NCBI RefSeq assembly: GCF_963921235.1
Contig: NC_086097.1
Coordinates: forward strand, 119,414,001 to 119,478,000
DNA: 64,000 bases
Direction of reading: 5' to 3'
DNA from: Mobula hypostoma
Taxonomy: Eukaryota
The notes below the pieces were generated by a model. That model saw only the letters and a program-made list of their open reading frames with translations, searched no databases and was not told the DNA's origin. Shown here piece after piece: positions 1-10,479 of this stretch (positions are counted from its first letter, which is position 1; the number at the start of each line of letters is the position of its first letter). The position numbers and the translations under genes were made by a program.

Positions 1-663
1 GGTGTAGCTAACAATGTTGCCACATAGTGTAAATTCAGTTTAAAAATCAAAAATCCACAAGAAGACAAAAATAAAAAGCAAACAAATGTTGACCACTCCA
101 GTAATGTCCTTTTCATCTGCAACTGTTGTGTAATGTGACTGCTAATGGTTGACATTTGACTCCTAAAATACCTCAAAACATTGTGTGCTTCAGATAAAGG
201 CAATGATGCTGAGATACTATACATTCTAGGATGCACTGGGACATATTATCAGTGTTGTAACCTGGGGTCATCGGGTGTTTTGGGTCTTTCAACATCAGAC
301 ACTCTCGCCCAGGTGACCCAGCCAGTGTTGATCAGGCCCTGGCTTGTGTACCAGAAGCATTTGTCCATGGGTCATACCTCTTGATCCATGACAACCTAGA
401 GCTTCTGTGATGGTTCTGGTGGCTCTTTACTTTTGCAGCCCCCGTAATGCTAAGGAGAGGGTAGGTTCTGCACAGCGAGCAGCCAGCAAACCTTTACACC
501 TCACCTCTATAGGCTCGCATCATGTCCTCCACAGTCCAAGAGCTCCTTTTTGCTGTGCTCACGAGGAACAGATATCAATATATATGATTTATTTTGTAAT
601 CTAGCAAAAGTAATTCAAAATTTCAATCATTTGCTTGAACCTGGCATGAAGGTTTAAGACATA

Positions 664-1498
664 TGTGATGGGGTCCAGAAATACCCCTATGATCTGTGCT
701 TTTGGAAAAAGAGAGAGGGAGTTGTGGAACACAGACACCTTGTTAAAAGAGAGAGAAAGAAAGAGAGAGAAAGAGGCGAAGACTGCTTTGAGATGGTGTT
801 ACAGTTATTCGACAGCATGTTTACACTTTTGCAAGGACACTAGCAGCTTCCAAGTTCTTACAGAAAGAGAAGAGAGGAGCTGCTTGATGGACAGATGGTA
901 TTCAGCATAGTGAGATAAATAGAAGGTCAGCTGTTAGACCTACAGACATATGGTTTTGGACACTAAATGAGCTTTGTTGTGCCCACGAAAAGGTGAGTTT
1001 TGGGAGGATCGATCAGGCAGATCGATCAATGGTTCTTGCAGTGTGAAAAGGGTGTGACTAGTGGGGAATTATTCATGTGCCAACCCTCGCCTGGGTTGAT
1101 AATTCTACCACAGAAGAACGGTCCCCTTTGTTGTGGTCACAGTCGGTGACTTCGAAATGATTTCAGAGGACAACGGGAAGATCAACAGCGTCAGCTCACC
1201 TGAAGACTCAAATCTCGCCCCCTCACTCTCTCTCCACCACTACTCAACTCAATACCATGAACTGAACTGAACTTTACTCATCATCGCAAGACTATTTATC
1301 CCTAGACTTGAAGAAGCTTGGTTTTCATATATTTTCACACTTACTTATATATAATCATTGCTAACCTGCTTTATATATATTATTTTATATTACTGTATTG
1401 CGTAGTTACTGATAAATATCATTAGTTAATAGCAATACTGGATTCCAAAGTGTTTTCCATTTCTGCTGGTTCTATAACCCGTCACGGGGTACGTGACA
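664..1498 (+). repeat. 5' LTR
   Basis: Begins tgtgatgggg, ends gtacgtgaca; collinear with the 3' LTR; AATAAA-like signal near 1412. Confidence 0.93.
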
Positions 1499-1502
1499 AA
1501 AT

Positions 1503-1521
1503 TGGGGGCTGTGTCCGAGAT
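1503..1521 (+). promoter_or_regulatory. Primer-binding site, tRNA-Pro-like
   Basis: tgggggctgtgtccgagat, 4 nt after the LTR, resembles TGGGGGCTCGTCCGGGAT (complement of the tRNA-Pro 3' end). Confidence 0.75.
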
Positions 1522-1622
1522 ATGAACAAATTGGTGGGAGCCATTCTAAAAATTGTGGAAGGCTTGTTTGAATTGACTGGGGGAAATCCCTTTTGATTTG
1601 GTTGTGTGGAAAAACAGCACAA

Positions 1623-3110
1623 ATGGATGTTAGGAAATTTCTGTCATCGCCAAACCCTATGGTTTTGAAGAGAGCTAAAAAGGATGAGTTGCATAAAATT
1701 GTTGAGAAACTGGAACTTAAGACTGTAAAGAAGGGTATGACTAAGGTAGAAATTCAAAGAAAAATAGTTGAATATTATATTTCGACGAAGCAATGTACTG
1801 AGGATGTGTTGAAAATGTTTGCTGAAGGTAAAGTATTTACTGAGACTGAGCTTCAGCTTCAGTTGGAAAAAATAAAAATGGAGCGTGAGTTGCAACTGAA
1901 ACAGGTCGAGGCAGAAGAGGCAGAAAAACAGAGAGAGTTTGAGAGGGAGACCTGGCAGCTGGGAGGTCCAGTGTCGGACCCAGCTGATTTTTACGGCTTG
2001 AAAGAGCTGGTTGTGATTGATGAATTTAAGAAGAGTGTACCCTATGATGCAAGGGCATACCTAGATGAAGAGGATGCCGCCACCCTGCAGGGGTCTGCTA
2101 AGAATGCAGACGAAGTTGTTTTAACCCACAAGGTTGAGTTTACTCCAGATGAGAGTTCCCCAGAGAGTAGCTGGAAGGTTCGGGGTGACCTTGAATTTGA
2201 AACTGGGCCAAGTGATGAAAGCCGAGAAGAGGCAACTGTCCTGATTGCTTGTGTTCAGGTTGTTGAAGTACCTGTGGATTCACAGGGTACTGAACCTTGC
2301 GTTGAAACTCAGTTAAAGTCTGTGGTGTCTGACTTGGTTGGAAAGGAATGCAGTTCTTTTGTATCAGATGGTTTTGGTTCAGTGAATAAGGGGTTAACCT
2401 TGGTACCAGTGGAAATTGAGAATTCTCAGCCACTTGTATTAGGCAGTGTGCTAAAAATTAGTGATGAGATGAAAATTGGCAAGGTAAATGTTACTAAGAA
2501 TATTGAGAAAAGTGTTGTTTCTGGACTTTTGAATAACGTGCTTGTGAAGTTTGGATTGGTTGCGCGACCTTTGGCCCTGCTTGCAGGACAAAGGCCTGCT
2601 CAGGAAGTATATGCCACTCTGTTGAATTTTGTTTTGAGAGGTGAACACCTTCAAGGTTATGATGCTGTTCACGATGATGTTATGGAGACAGGTCAGAATA
2701 AAGGTCGTAGGAATAAGGTAAATGGATTGTTTGGCATTTTCCACAATATACACGTAGTAGTTGTAAGTCTGGTGATAATGCTGAGTTTAATAAACAATGG
2801 GGGGAGGTTGACACCTCTCCAAGGTGATGAATTGTCTTCAGCAGTTCAGCTAATGAGCAAAGCTGCCGCTAATAATCCACACAGAGAGATTGATGTTTAC
2901 GGTGCCTGTGCAGTGACCCGAAGCATGTTTGGAAAATCTGCTAAGGCCCATGAGAGCAAAACTAGGGGTTTAAAGTATGATGATGTGTCACAGACTTTTC
3001 TACCTTCCATATTCCAGCAGGACTTGGAGGGTAGTAAAGCTGATGAGAGTAAGGTGTATGAGAAAGGTTTGTCCTTATCGAGGAAGGAATTTATGGAGGA
3101 ACAGAAGTGA
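1623..3110 (+). CDS. gag: Gag with SCAN-like capsid segment plus degenerate protease region
   Basis: Open frame from ATG 1623. Coiled coil ELQLQLEKIKMERELQLK; SCAN-like LKELVVIDEFKKSVP...ADEVVLTH; CAVTRSM linker. The protease DTG motif is absent. Confidence 0.75.
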   Translation: MDVRKFLSSPNPMVLKRAKKDELHKIVEKLELKTVKKGMTKVEIQRKIVEYYISTKQCTEDVLKMFAEGKVFTETELQLQLEKIKMERELQLKQVEAEEAEKQREFERETWQLGGPVSDPADFYGLKELVVIDEFKKSVPYDARAYLDEEDAATLQGSAKNADEVVLTHKVEFTPDESSPESSWKVRGDLEFETGPSDESREEATVLIACVQVVEVPVDSQGTEPCVETQLKSVVSDLVGKECSSFVSDGFGSVNKGLTLVPVEIENSQPLVLGSVLKISDEMKIGKVNVTKNIEKSVVSGLLNNVLVKFGLVARPLALLAGQRPAQEVYATLLNFVLRGEHLQGYDAVHDDVMETGQNKGRRNKVNGLFGIFHNIHVVVVSLVIMLSLINNGGRLTPLQGDELSSAVQLMSKAAANNPHREIDVYGACAVTRSMFGKSAKAHESKTRGLKYDDVSQTFLPSIFQQDLEGSKADESKVYEKGLSLSRKEFMEEQK

Positions 3111-3990
3111 GATTCTGAAATGGTGGCATTAAAGGAGATAGCTCTCACAGAAGAGGAGGTTCAAAGAGAGTCAGTGGGATATTACCTTTAAATGGGTTGT
3201 TGATGAGGAAGTGGAGACCAGCCAATGTGCCTGCAAGTGAAGATGGGGCCATTAAACATCAGGTAGTGGATCACAAAGTTTACAGGGCTGAAATTTTAAA
3301 CATGGCTTACAGTATGCCTTTAGGTGAATGTTATGGAGTGAGAAAGACAGTGAACAGGATTATGAAGGAATTCTACTGTCCTAGTTGAAGAAAGGATGTT
3401 GTGAATTTTTGCATGACTTGCCATACCTGCCGGGTTGAGGGGAAACTTAATCAGATTATTCAAGTAGCACCATTTAAACCAATACCTGTTCATGGTGAAT
3501 CTTTCTTCAGGGTCATAGTGGATTGTGTTGGCCCATTGCCAAAGACCTCAGCTGTGTTAACAATTATGTGTGCTGTGTCTAGGTTCCCTGAAGCCATGCC
3601 TCTCGGAAACATCAAGGCCAAGAATGTGGTAAAAGCACTCAGTAAGTTTTTCACACTGGTAGGTCTGCCCAAAGAAATTCAATTTGACCAGCGTAGTAAC
3701 TTTACTTTGAGAACATTTCAGGGGATAGTTGAAGAACTGGGAGCTATGCACATTGTGCCATCTGCAATATCACACAGAGTCCAAGGGAGCCTTGGAACGG
3801 TTCAACTCCACTCTTAAGACCATGGTTAAAACATATTGCGTAAAAAATAGGAAAAACTGGGATGAGGGGGTTCCCCTACTCTTATTTGCTGTTGAAGATT
3901 CAATTTGAAAATCGTTAGAGTATAGTCTATTTGAACCTGTGTTCGGTCACAGGCCTAAAGGCCCTTTGACCCTACTCAAAGAACTGTGGT
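3111..3990 (+). pseudogene. Integrase (frameshifted, with stops)
   Basis: Degenerate HHCC finger (CHTC), IVDCVGPLP, IQFDQRSNF, and frameshifted SQGALERFN. Confidence 0.9.
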
Positions 3991-4289
3991 CTGGTTTGGA
4001 AATATGTGTCAGTGTGCTTAATTATGTTTTAAAATTCCAGGAGAGACTTGACAATGCTTGTGACCTTGCAAAAGAAAGTTTGCAGAATGTTCAAATTAAA
4101 ATAAAACACTTGTTTGATAGGATGGCACCTGGGAGGACTGTTATGAAAACAAATGGAGTTGCAAAGGCTGGGAATGAGGTGAAAAATCATTTTAACCTGC
4201 TGAATCTAGTATCAACAAGATTTAAGACTTCCATTGTTTTGAAAAACATTACTGACAAGGTCCATCAGTTAGAACCTACACCGCAAAAA

Positions 4290-5510
4290 CAATTGAAAGA
4301 ATTAATTCGCAAGCATAACGATTTATCCCCTGACATTCCAAGATGGTGAACAGCTGAAGTGCATGACGTCATTGTAAATTCAGCCCAGACGATCAAAGAG
4401 CATCCTTACAGAATGAATTTAGAGAAAAGTAAAATGGTTGAACAAGAAATTAGAAACAAGAAGGAACAAGGAAAGAAAGTGGATGACTGTATTAAGAGAG
4501 TGGGAAAGGCAAAATACCTTACAAAGATTGACTTACTAAAAGGGTACTGGGGTGTTCCTTTAACAGAGAGGACCAGAGAAATATCAGCGTTTGTGACACC
4601 ATATGGACTGTATGAGTACATTGTTTTACCCTTCTGGATGAAAAATGCTCCAGGGACATTTCAAGGAATGATCAATTCTGTGATTAGATGGTTAGAAAAC
4701 ACAGGGGCTAACATTGATGATTTAGTAGTCTGGAGTGACACATGGGAAGAGCATATTGCAGTGGTAGAAAAACTGTTCGAAAGACTTTCCAAGGCCAAAC
4801 TTACTGGGAGCATGGATAAAGGTAAGTTTGGCCACTCCACTGACATGTATCTTGGCATGTAGTAGGCCAGGGCCAACTGACTCCTGTACAGGCCAAGGTT
4901 CAAGCTATTGCTGAGGTTCCCATTCCAACGGACAAGAAAGCTTTGAGAAGGTTTTTAGGAATGGTTGGGTATTACCGAAAGTTTTCTAAGAACTTTGCAG
5001 ATATCGCTCACCCCCTAATGAAATTACTGGGATGAGGGAAAGATTTGTATGGAGTGATCTTTGCCAGGAGGCATTTGAACATTTGAAAACCACCCTGTGT
5101 TATTATCCTGTGCTCAAAGCACCTGATTTTTCCAAGCCGTTTTCTATAGCGACAGACACCATTGATGAAGCTACTGGGGCAATACTGTTACAAAAAGGTG
5201 TGGATGACATTGAACACCCAGTATCTTATTTCTCAAAGAAATTTAATGAACATCAGAAAAATTATTCCACTGTTAAAAAGGAATTACTAGCACTTATTCT
5301 GGCTTTACAACACTTTGAAGTCTATGTTTGTCCTGCCCAGATACCACTTGTGATTTACACAGATCACAATCTGTCGGTGTTTCTAACTAAGATGAAGGAT
5401 AGGAATTAAAGGTTATTAAATTAGAGTCTGATATTGCAATAATATCACCGGATGATGAAACTTGTGAAAGGTACTGACAATATTACAGCTGATTGTTTAT
5501 CTAGATGTCA
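4290..5510 (+). pseudogene. Reverse transcriptase and RNase H (decayed)
   Basis: KIDLLKGYW, AFVTPYGLYEY, NIDD in place of YIDD; RNase H motifs YFSKKF, ELLALILAL, YTDHN. Confidence 0.92.
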
Positions 5511-5620
5511 AGTTAGAAATTGTACACATTTTTGCTCTGTTATCTGATAATTATACATGTATTGTCTTAAACTCTGTGATTTAAACTAAAATTTTGCCTG
5601 CGTCAAATTTTCTTCTACAT

Positions 5621-5629
5621 GGAAGGGGG
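5621..5629 (+). promoter_or_regulatory. Polypurine tract
   Basis: ggaaggggg immediately before the TG of the 3' LTR. Confidence 0.75.
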
Positions 5630-5743
5630 TGTGACAGGGTTCTTAAATTACCCCTATGAACTGTGTTTTTAAAAGAGAGAGAGAGGATTGTGGAGCACAA
5701 ACACCTTGTTAAAAGAGAGAGAAAGAAAGACAGAGAGAGAGGC

Positions 5744-6907
5744 AACACACATCAACGTTGCTGGTGAACGCAGCAGGCCAGGCAGCATCTCTAGGCAGAG
5801 GTACAGTCGACATTTCAGGCCGAGACCCTTCGTCAGGACTAACTGAAGGAAGAGTTAGTAAGAGATTTGAAAGTGGGAGGGGGAGGGAGAGATCCAAAAT
5901 GATAGGAGGAGTTGTACAAGGCCTTGGTGAGACCACACCTGGAGTATTGTGTGCAGTTTTGGTCCCCTAATCTGAGGAAAGACATCTTTGCCATAGAGGG
6001 AGTACAAAGAAGGTTCACCAGATTGATTCCTGGGATGGCAGGTCTTTCATATGAAGAAAGACTGGATGAACTGGGCTTGTACTCGTTGGAATTTAGAAGA
6101 TTGAGGGGGGATCTGATTGAAACGTATAAGATCCTAAAGGGATTGGACAGGCTAGATGCGGGAAGATTGTTCCCGATGTTGGGGAGGTCTAGAACGAGGG
6201 GTCACAGTTTGAGGATAGAGGGGAAGCCTTTTAGGACCGAGGTTAGGAAAAACTTCTTCACACAGAGAGTGGTGAATCTGTGGAATTCTCTGCCACAGCA
6301 AACTGTTGAGGCCAGTTCATTAGCTATGTTTAAAAGGAAGTTAGATATGGCCCTTGTGGCTACAGGGGTCAGGGGGTATGGAGGGAAGGCTGGGTTCTGA
6401 GTTGGATGATCAGCCATGATCATAATAAATGGCGGTGCAGGCTCGAAGGGCCGAATGGCCTACTCCTGCACCTATTTTCTATGTTTCTATGTTTCTATGT
6501 AAGACAGGAGGAGGAGGGATGGAGCCAGGAGCTGGACAGGTAATTGGCAAAGGGGATATGAGAGGATCATGGGACAGGAGGCCCAGGGAGAAAGACAAGG
6601 GGGGGTGGAACCCAGAGAATGGACAAGGGGTATAGTCAGAGGGACAGAGGGAGAAAAAGGAGTGTGAGAGAAAGAACGTGTGTATAAAAAAACTTATAAT
6701 GGATGGGGTACGAGGGGGAGGTGGGGCATTAGCAGAAGTTAGAGAAGTCAATGTTCATGCCATCAGGTTGGAGTCTACCCAGACGGAAGATAAGATGTTG
6801 CTTCTCCAACCTGAGTGTGGCTTCATCTTTACAGTAGAGGAGGCTGTGGATAGGGATGTCAGAATGGGAATGGGATGTGGAATTAAAATGTGTGGCCATT
6901 GGGAGAT
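5744..6907 (-). mobile_element. Penelope-like element 3' part (pLTR with hammerhead, end of GIY-YIG), split by a CR1 insertion
   Basis: Matches the copies at 17675 and 23367; duplicated gagagagaggc at 5733-5743 and 6950-6960. Confidence 0.88.
5911..6500 (+). mobile_element. Young 5'-truncated CR1 LINE
   Basis: ALVRPHLEYCVQFWSP...GVRGYGGKAGF and (ATGTTTCT)n tail; nearly identical to the 3' end of the full-length CR1 at 56826-57413. Confidence 0.95.
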
Positions 6908-8265
6908 CTTAGAAAAGATAGGGAGAAAATCGATGGATATTTTCACTGGGAGAGAGAGGCCAAGACTGTTTTGAGATGGTGTTAAGGTTTTTTGACAGCA
7001 TGTTTACACTTTTGCAAGGACACTAGCAGCCAAGTTCTTACAGAGAGAGAAGAGAGGAGCTGCTTGATGGACAGTTGGTATTCAACACGGTGAGATAAAT
7101 GGAAGGTCAGCTGTTAGACTTACAGACACATGGTTTTGGATACTGAATAAGGTTTGTTATGCCCACAGAAAAGGATGATTTTAGGAGGATCGACCAGGCG
7201 GATTGATCAGTGGCTCTATCAGTGTGAAAAGGGTGTGACCGGTGGGGAGTTATTCATGTGTCCAACCCTCGCCTGGGTTGATAATTCCACCACAGAAGAA
7301 TGGTCGCCTTTGTTGTGGTCACAGTCGGTGACTTCGAAATGATTTCAGAGGACAACGGGAAGATCAACAGCGTCAGCTCACCTGAAGACTCAAATCTCGC
7401 CCCCTCTCTCTCTCTCCACCACTACTCAACTCAATACCACGAACTGAACTGAACTTTACTCATCATCGCAAGACTATTTACCCCTCGACTTGAAGAAGCT
7501 TGGTTTTCATATATTTCCACACTTACTTATATATAATCATTGCTAACCTGTTTTATATATATTATTTTATATTACTGTATTGCGTAGTTACTAATAAATA
7601 CCATTAGTTAATAGCAATACTGGACTCCAAAGTGTTTTCCATTTCTGCTGGTTTTTTAACCCGCAACGGGGTACATGACACATATTTATAGCTTAAATGC
7701 AAACAGGAAATGAAAACATAGAACAGAATAAAGGGAAGACCTTGACAAGAAAGAAACAAATGGAGTTAGAGTACACTTGTCCGATAAGATGGCCAACGTA
7801 TGTGAAATCCTATTAAAAATGAGTTAAATTGCGAGTACAGCAAGGTACACAGCATTTATATAAAAACAAAGAAGCTGGAGACAATCATGCATTGTCAGGA
7901 ATCAGGCAGGGATTATTAGGGAGGGATGGCTGCAGAAAATTACGAGTAGATATTAAAAGGGGTAACCTGAACCATACTTAGAAAAGATAGGGAGAAAATC
8001 GATGAATATTTTCAAAGAGCGATGCCTGAAAAAAGGCAGTGTCTATCATGAAGGACCCCCTTCACCCAGGGTATAACATATCACCTGATCTCATTGCTAC
8101 CTTCAGTAAGGAGGTACAGAAGCCTGAAGCCACATGCTCAGTGATTCAGGAACTGCTTCCTTAGCTCTGCCATCCAGTTTATGTATGGAGATTGAACCCA
8201 TGAATACTACCTCACTACAGTTCTGCATTTTATTTTTTATTTTTGCATTAATTATTTAACTTAAG

Positions 8266-8268
<3 letters not shown>

Positions 8269-8304
<36 letters not shown>
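8269..8304. repeat. (TA)n microsatellite
   Basis: Pure TA run. Confidence 0.95.
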
Positions 8305-8307
<3 letters not shown>

Positions 8308-9004
8308 AACAAATTCCACGTAATATGTTGGTGATATTAAACCTGATTCTGACTCTGAAGTGTAATAGAAATACTGATAAGGGAAGAAAAGTGATGTTGC
8401 TATAAAGAAGACAAAACAGAATACAGGTGGATCAATTTTTTTTTAAAACTGCAAAGGATAATGACAGTAATATATGCAATCTGCATGCTATTTAACAGTT
8501 CAAGGGAAGTAGAGGAAAATGCACAGAAAAATAAGCAAATAAGAAACACCAATTAGAATAATTGTCTTAAGAGATTTTCATTAGCCAATTTCTATTTAGA
8601 CTAAAGAGGTAAGCAAGGATAATAATAGAACAGAATTCTTATAATGCACACAAGAGTTATTTTAAACTAAACAGCTAAAAAGCCCAACAAGGAAGGGCTT
8701 ACTATTGGATAAAGTAAAGGTAAATGAACCAGAAAAGAAGTAAATGGAAGGGAGCATCCAGGCAATTATGATCATATTATATTGCACGTTATGATGTTAA
8801 TACAGAAGAGGAACATTAAGTTTTATGAATGGAGCAAAAGAATTACTTTGATTGACTCATTGATTGATTAGCTTTATTTCAAACATGTACATTAGAACAT
8901 ACAGTGAAATTTGTCCCATGCATCAAATGAAATCAGCGAGTATTTTGTTAGACAGCCCAGAAGCACTTCCAGTTGTAACATAGTCTTCACGTCACTAACC
9001 CTCA

Positions 9005-9970
9005 TAGTCATACTTTATTGATCCCGGGAGAAATTGGTTTTCATTACAGTTGCACCATAAATAATAAACAGTAATAAAACCATAAATAGTTAAATAACAA
9101 TATGTAAATTATGCCAGGAAATAAGTCCAGGACCAGCCTATTGGTTCAGGGTGTCTGATCCTCCAAGGGAGGAGTTGTAAAGTTTGATGGCCACAGGTTG
9201 GAATGACTTCCTATGACGCTCTGTGTTGCATCTCAGTGGAATGAGTTTTCGGCTGAATGTACTCCTGTGCCCACCCAGTGCATTATGTAGTGGATGGGAG
9301 ACATTGACCAAGATGGCATGCAACTTGGACAACATCCTCTTTTCAGACACCACCGTCAGAGAGTCCAGTTCCATCCCCACAACATCACTGGCCTTACGAA
9401 TGAGTTTGTTGATTCTGTTGGTGTCTGCCACCCTCAGCCTGCTGCCCCAGCACACAATAGCAAACATGATAGCACTGGCCACCACAGACTCGTACAACAT
9501 CCTCAGCATTGTCCGGCAGATGTTAAAGGACCTCAGTCTCCTCAGGAAATAGAGACGGCTCTGACCCTTCTTGTAGACAGCCTCAGTGTTCTTTGACCAG
9601 TCCAGTTTATTGTCAATTCGTATCCCCAGGTATTTGTCATCCTCCACCATGTCCACCCTGACCCTCTGGATGGAAACAGGGGTCACTGGTACCTTAGCTC
9701 TCCTCAGGTCTACCACCAGCCCCTTAGTCTTTTTCACATTAAGCTGCAGGTAATTCTGCTCACACCATGTGACAAAGTTTCCTACCGTAGCCCTGTACTC
9801 AGCCTCATCTCCCTTGCTGATGCATCCAACTATGGCAGAGTTATCAGAAAACTTCTGAAGATGACAAGACTCTGTGCAGTAGTTGAAGTCCGAGGTGTAA
9901 ATGGTGAAGAGAAAGGGAGACAATACAGTCCCCTGTTGAGCCCCAGTGCTGCTGATCACTCTGTCGGACA
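9005..9970 (-). mobile_element. Rex1/Babar LINE, 5'-truncated; RT C-terminal ORF open (9138-9971)
   Basis: GAQQGTVLSPFLFTIYTSD, QKFSDNSAIVG, LNVKKTK, KYLGI, RLYFLRRLRSF. Confidence 0.9.
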
Positions 9971-9974
9971 CTCA

Positions 9975-10135
9975 CCGTACATCTTTTGAATGTGGGAGGA
10001 AACCAGAAAACTGAGAGGAAACCCACGTGGCCCGGGGGAGAACGTACAGACTTCTTAAGAGACCAGTGAGAAATAAACCCTGATCTTACAGCTGGCTGCT
10101 ACAAAGTGTTGTGCTAACCACTGTGACACCGTATC
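9975..10135 (-). mobile_element. V-SINE/HE1-like SINE, interrupted by the Rex copy
   Basis: tgtgggaggaaaccagaaaactgagaggaaacccac central domain followed by a tRNA-like head. Confidence 0.65.
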
Positions 10136-10479
10136 AACCATTATTTTGAGGAGTTAAAAAGAGAACTTTGAGGCAGCACCATGGTGTACTGAGAAAAGCT
10201 GCTGCCTCACAACTCCAAAGAGCCAGAATCATTTCTGACCACTGGTGCTGTTTATGCGCAATTGGTACATTCTCTTTGTGACCCCATGTGCTCTCTTCTA
10301 TATATGAAAGCTTGGTAAGTTAATTGACCATTGTAAATTTGCCCCCATGAGAGGTAGCTTCTGTGGTAGTGTTGGGGGTGAGGTTAGGGTGGGGAGGGAT
10401 GGAAATGAATTGATGCAAAGTGAGGAGAATAAACATATGGTTTGTGTACATGAGTTTTTGATGGGTGCAAAATCTTGGC

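Larger units (their letters stand above)
664..7680 (+). mobile_element. Gmr1-like Ty3/Gypsy LTR retrotransposon, decayed (gag-PR-INT-RT-RNaseH order)
   Basis: Two TG...CA LTRs (664-1498, 5630-7680), 4-bp TSD CATA (660-663, 7681-7684), PBS and PPT. Integrase motifs lie upstream of RT/RNase H motifs. Confidence 0.93.
5630..7680 (+). repeat. 3' LTR interrupted by a ~1.2-kb nested insertion
   Basis: 5630-5743 and ~6950-7680 match the 5' LTR; ends gtacatgaca. Confidence 0.92.
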
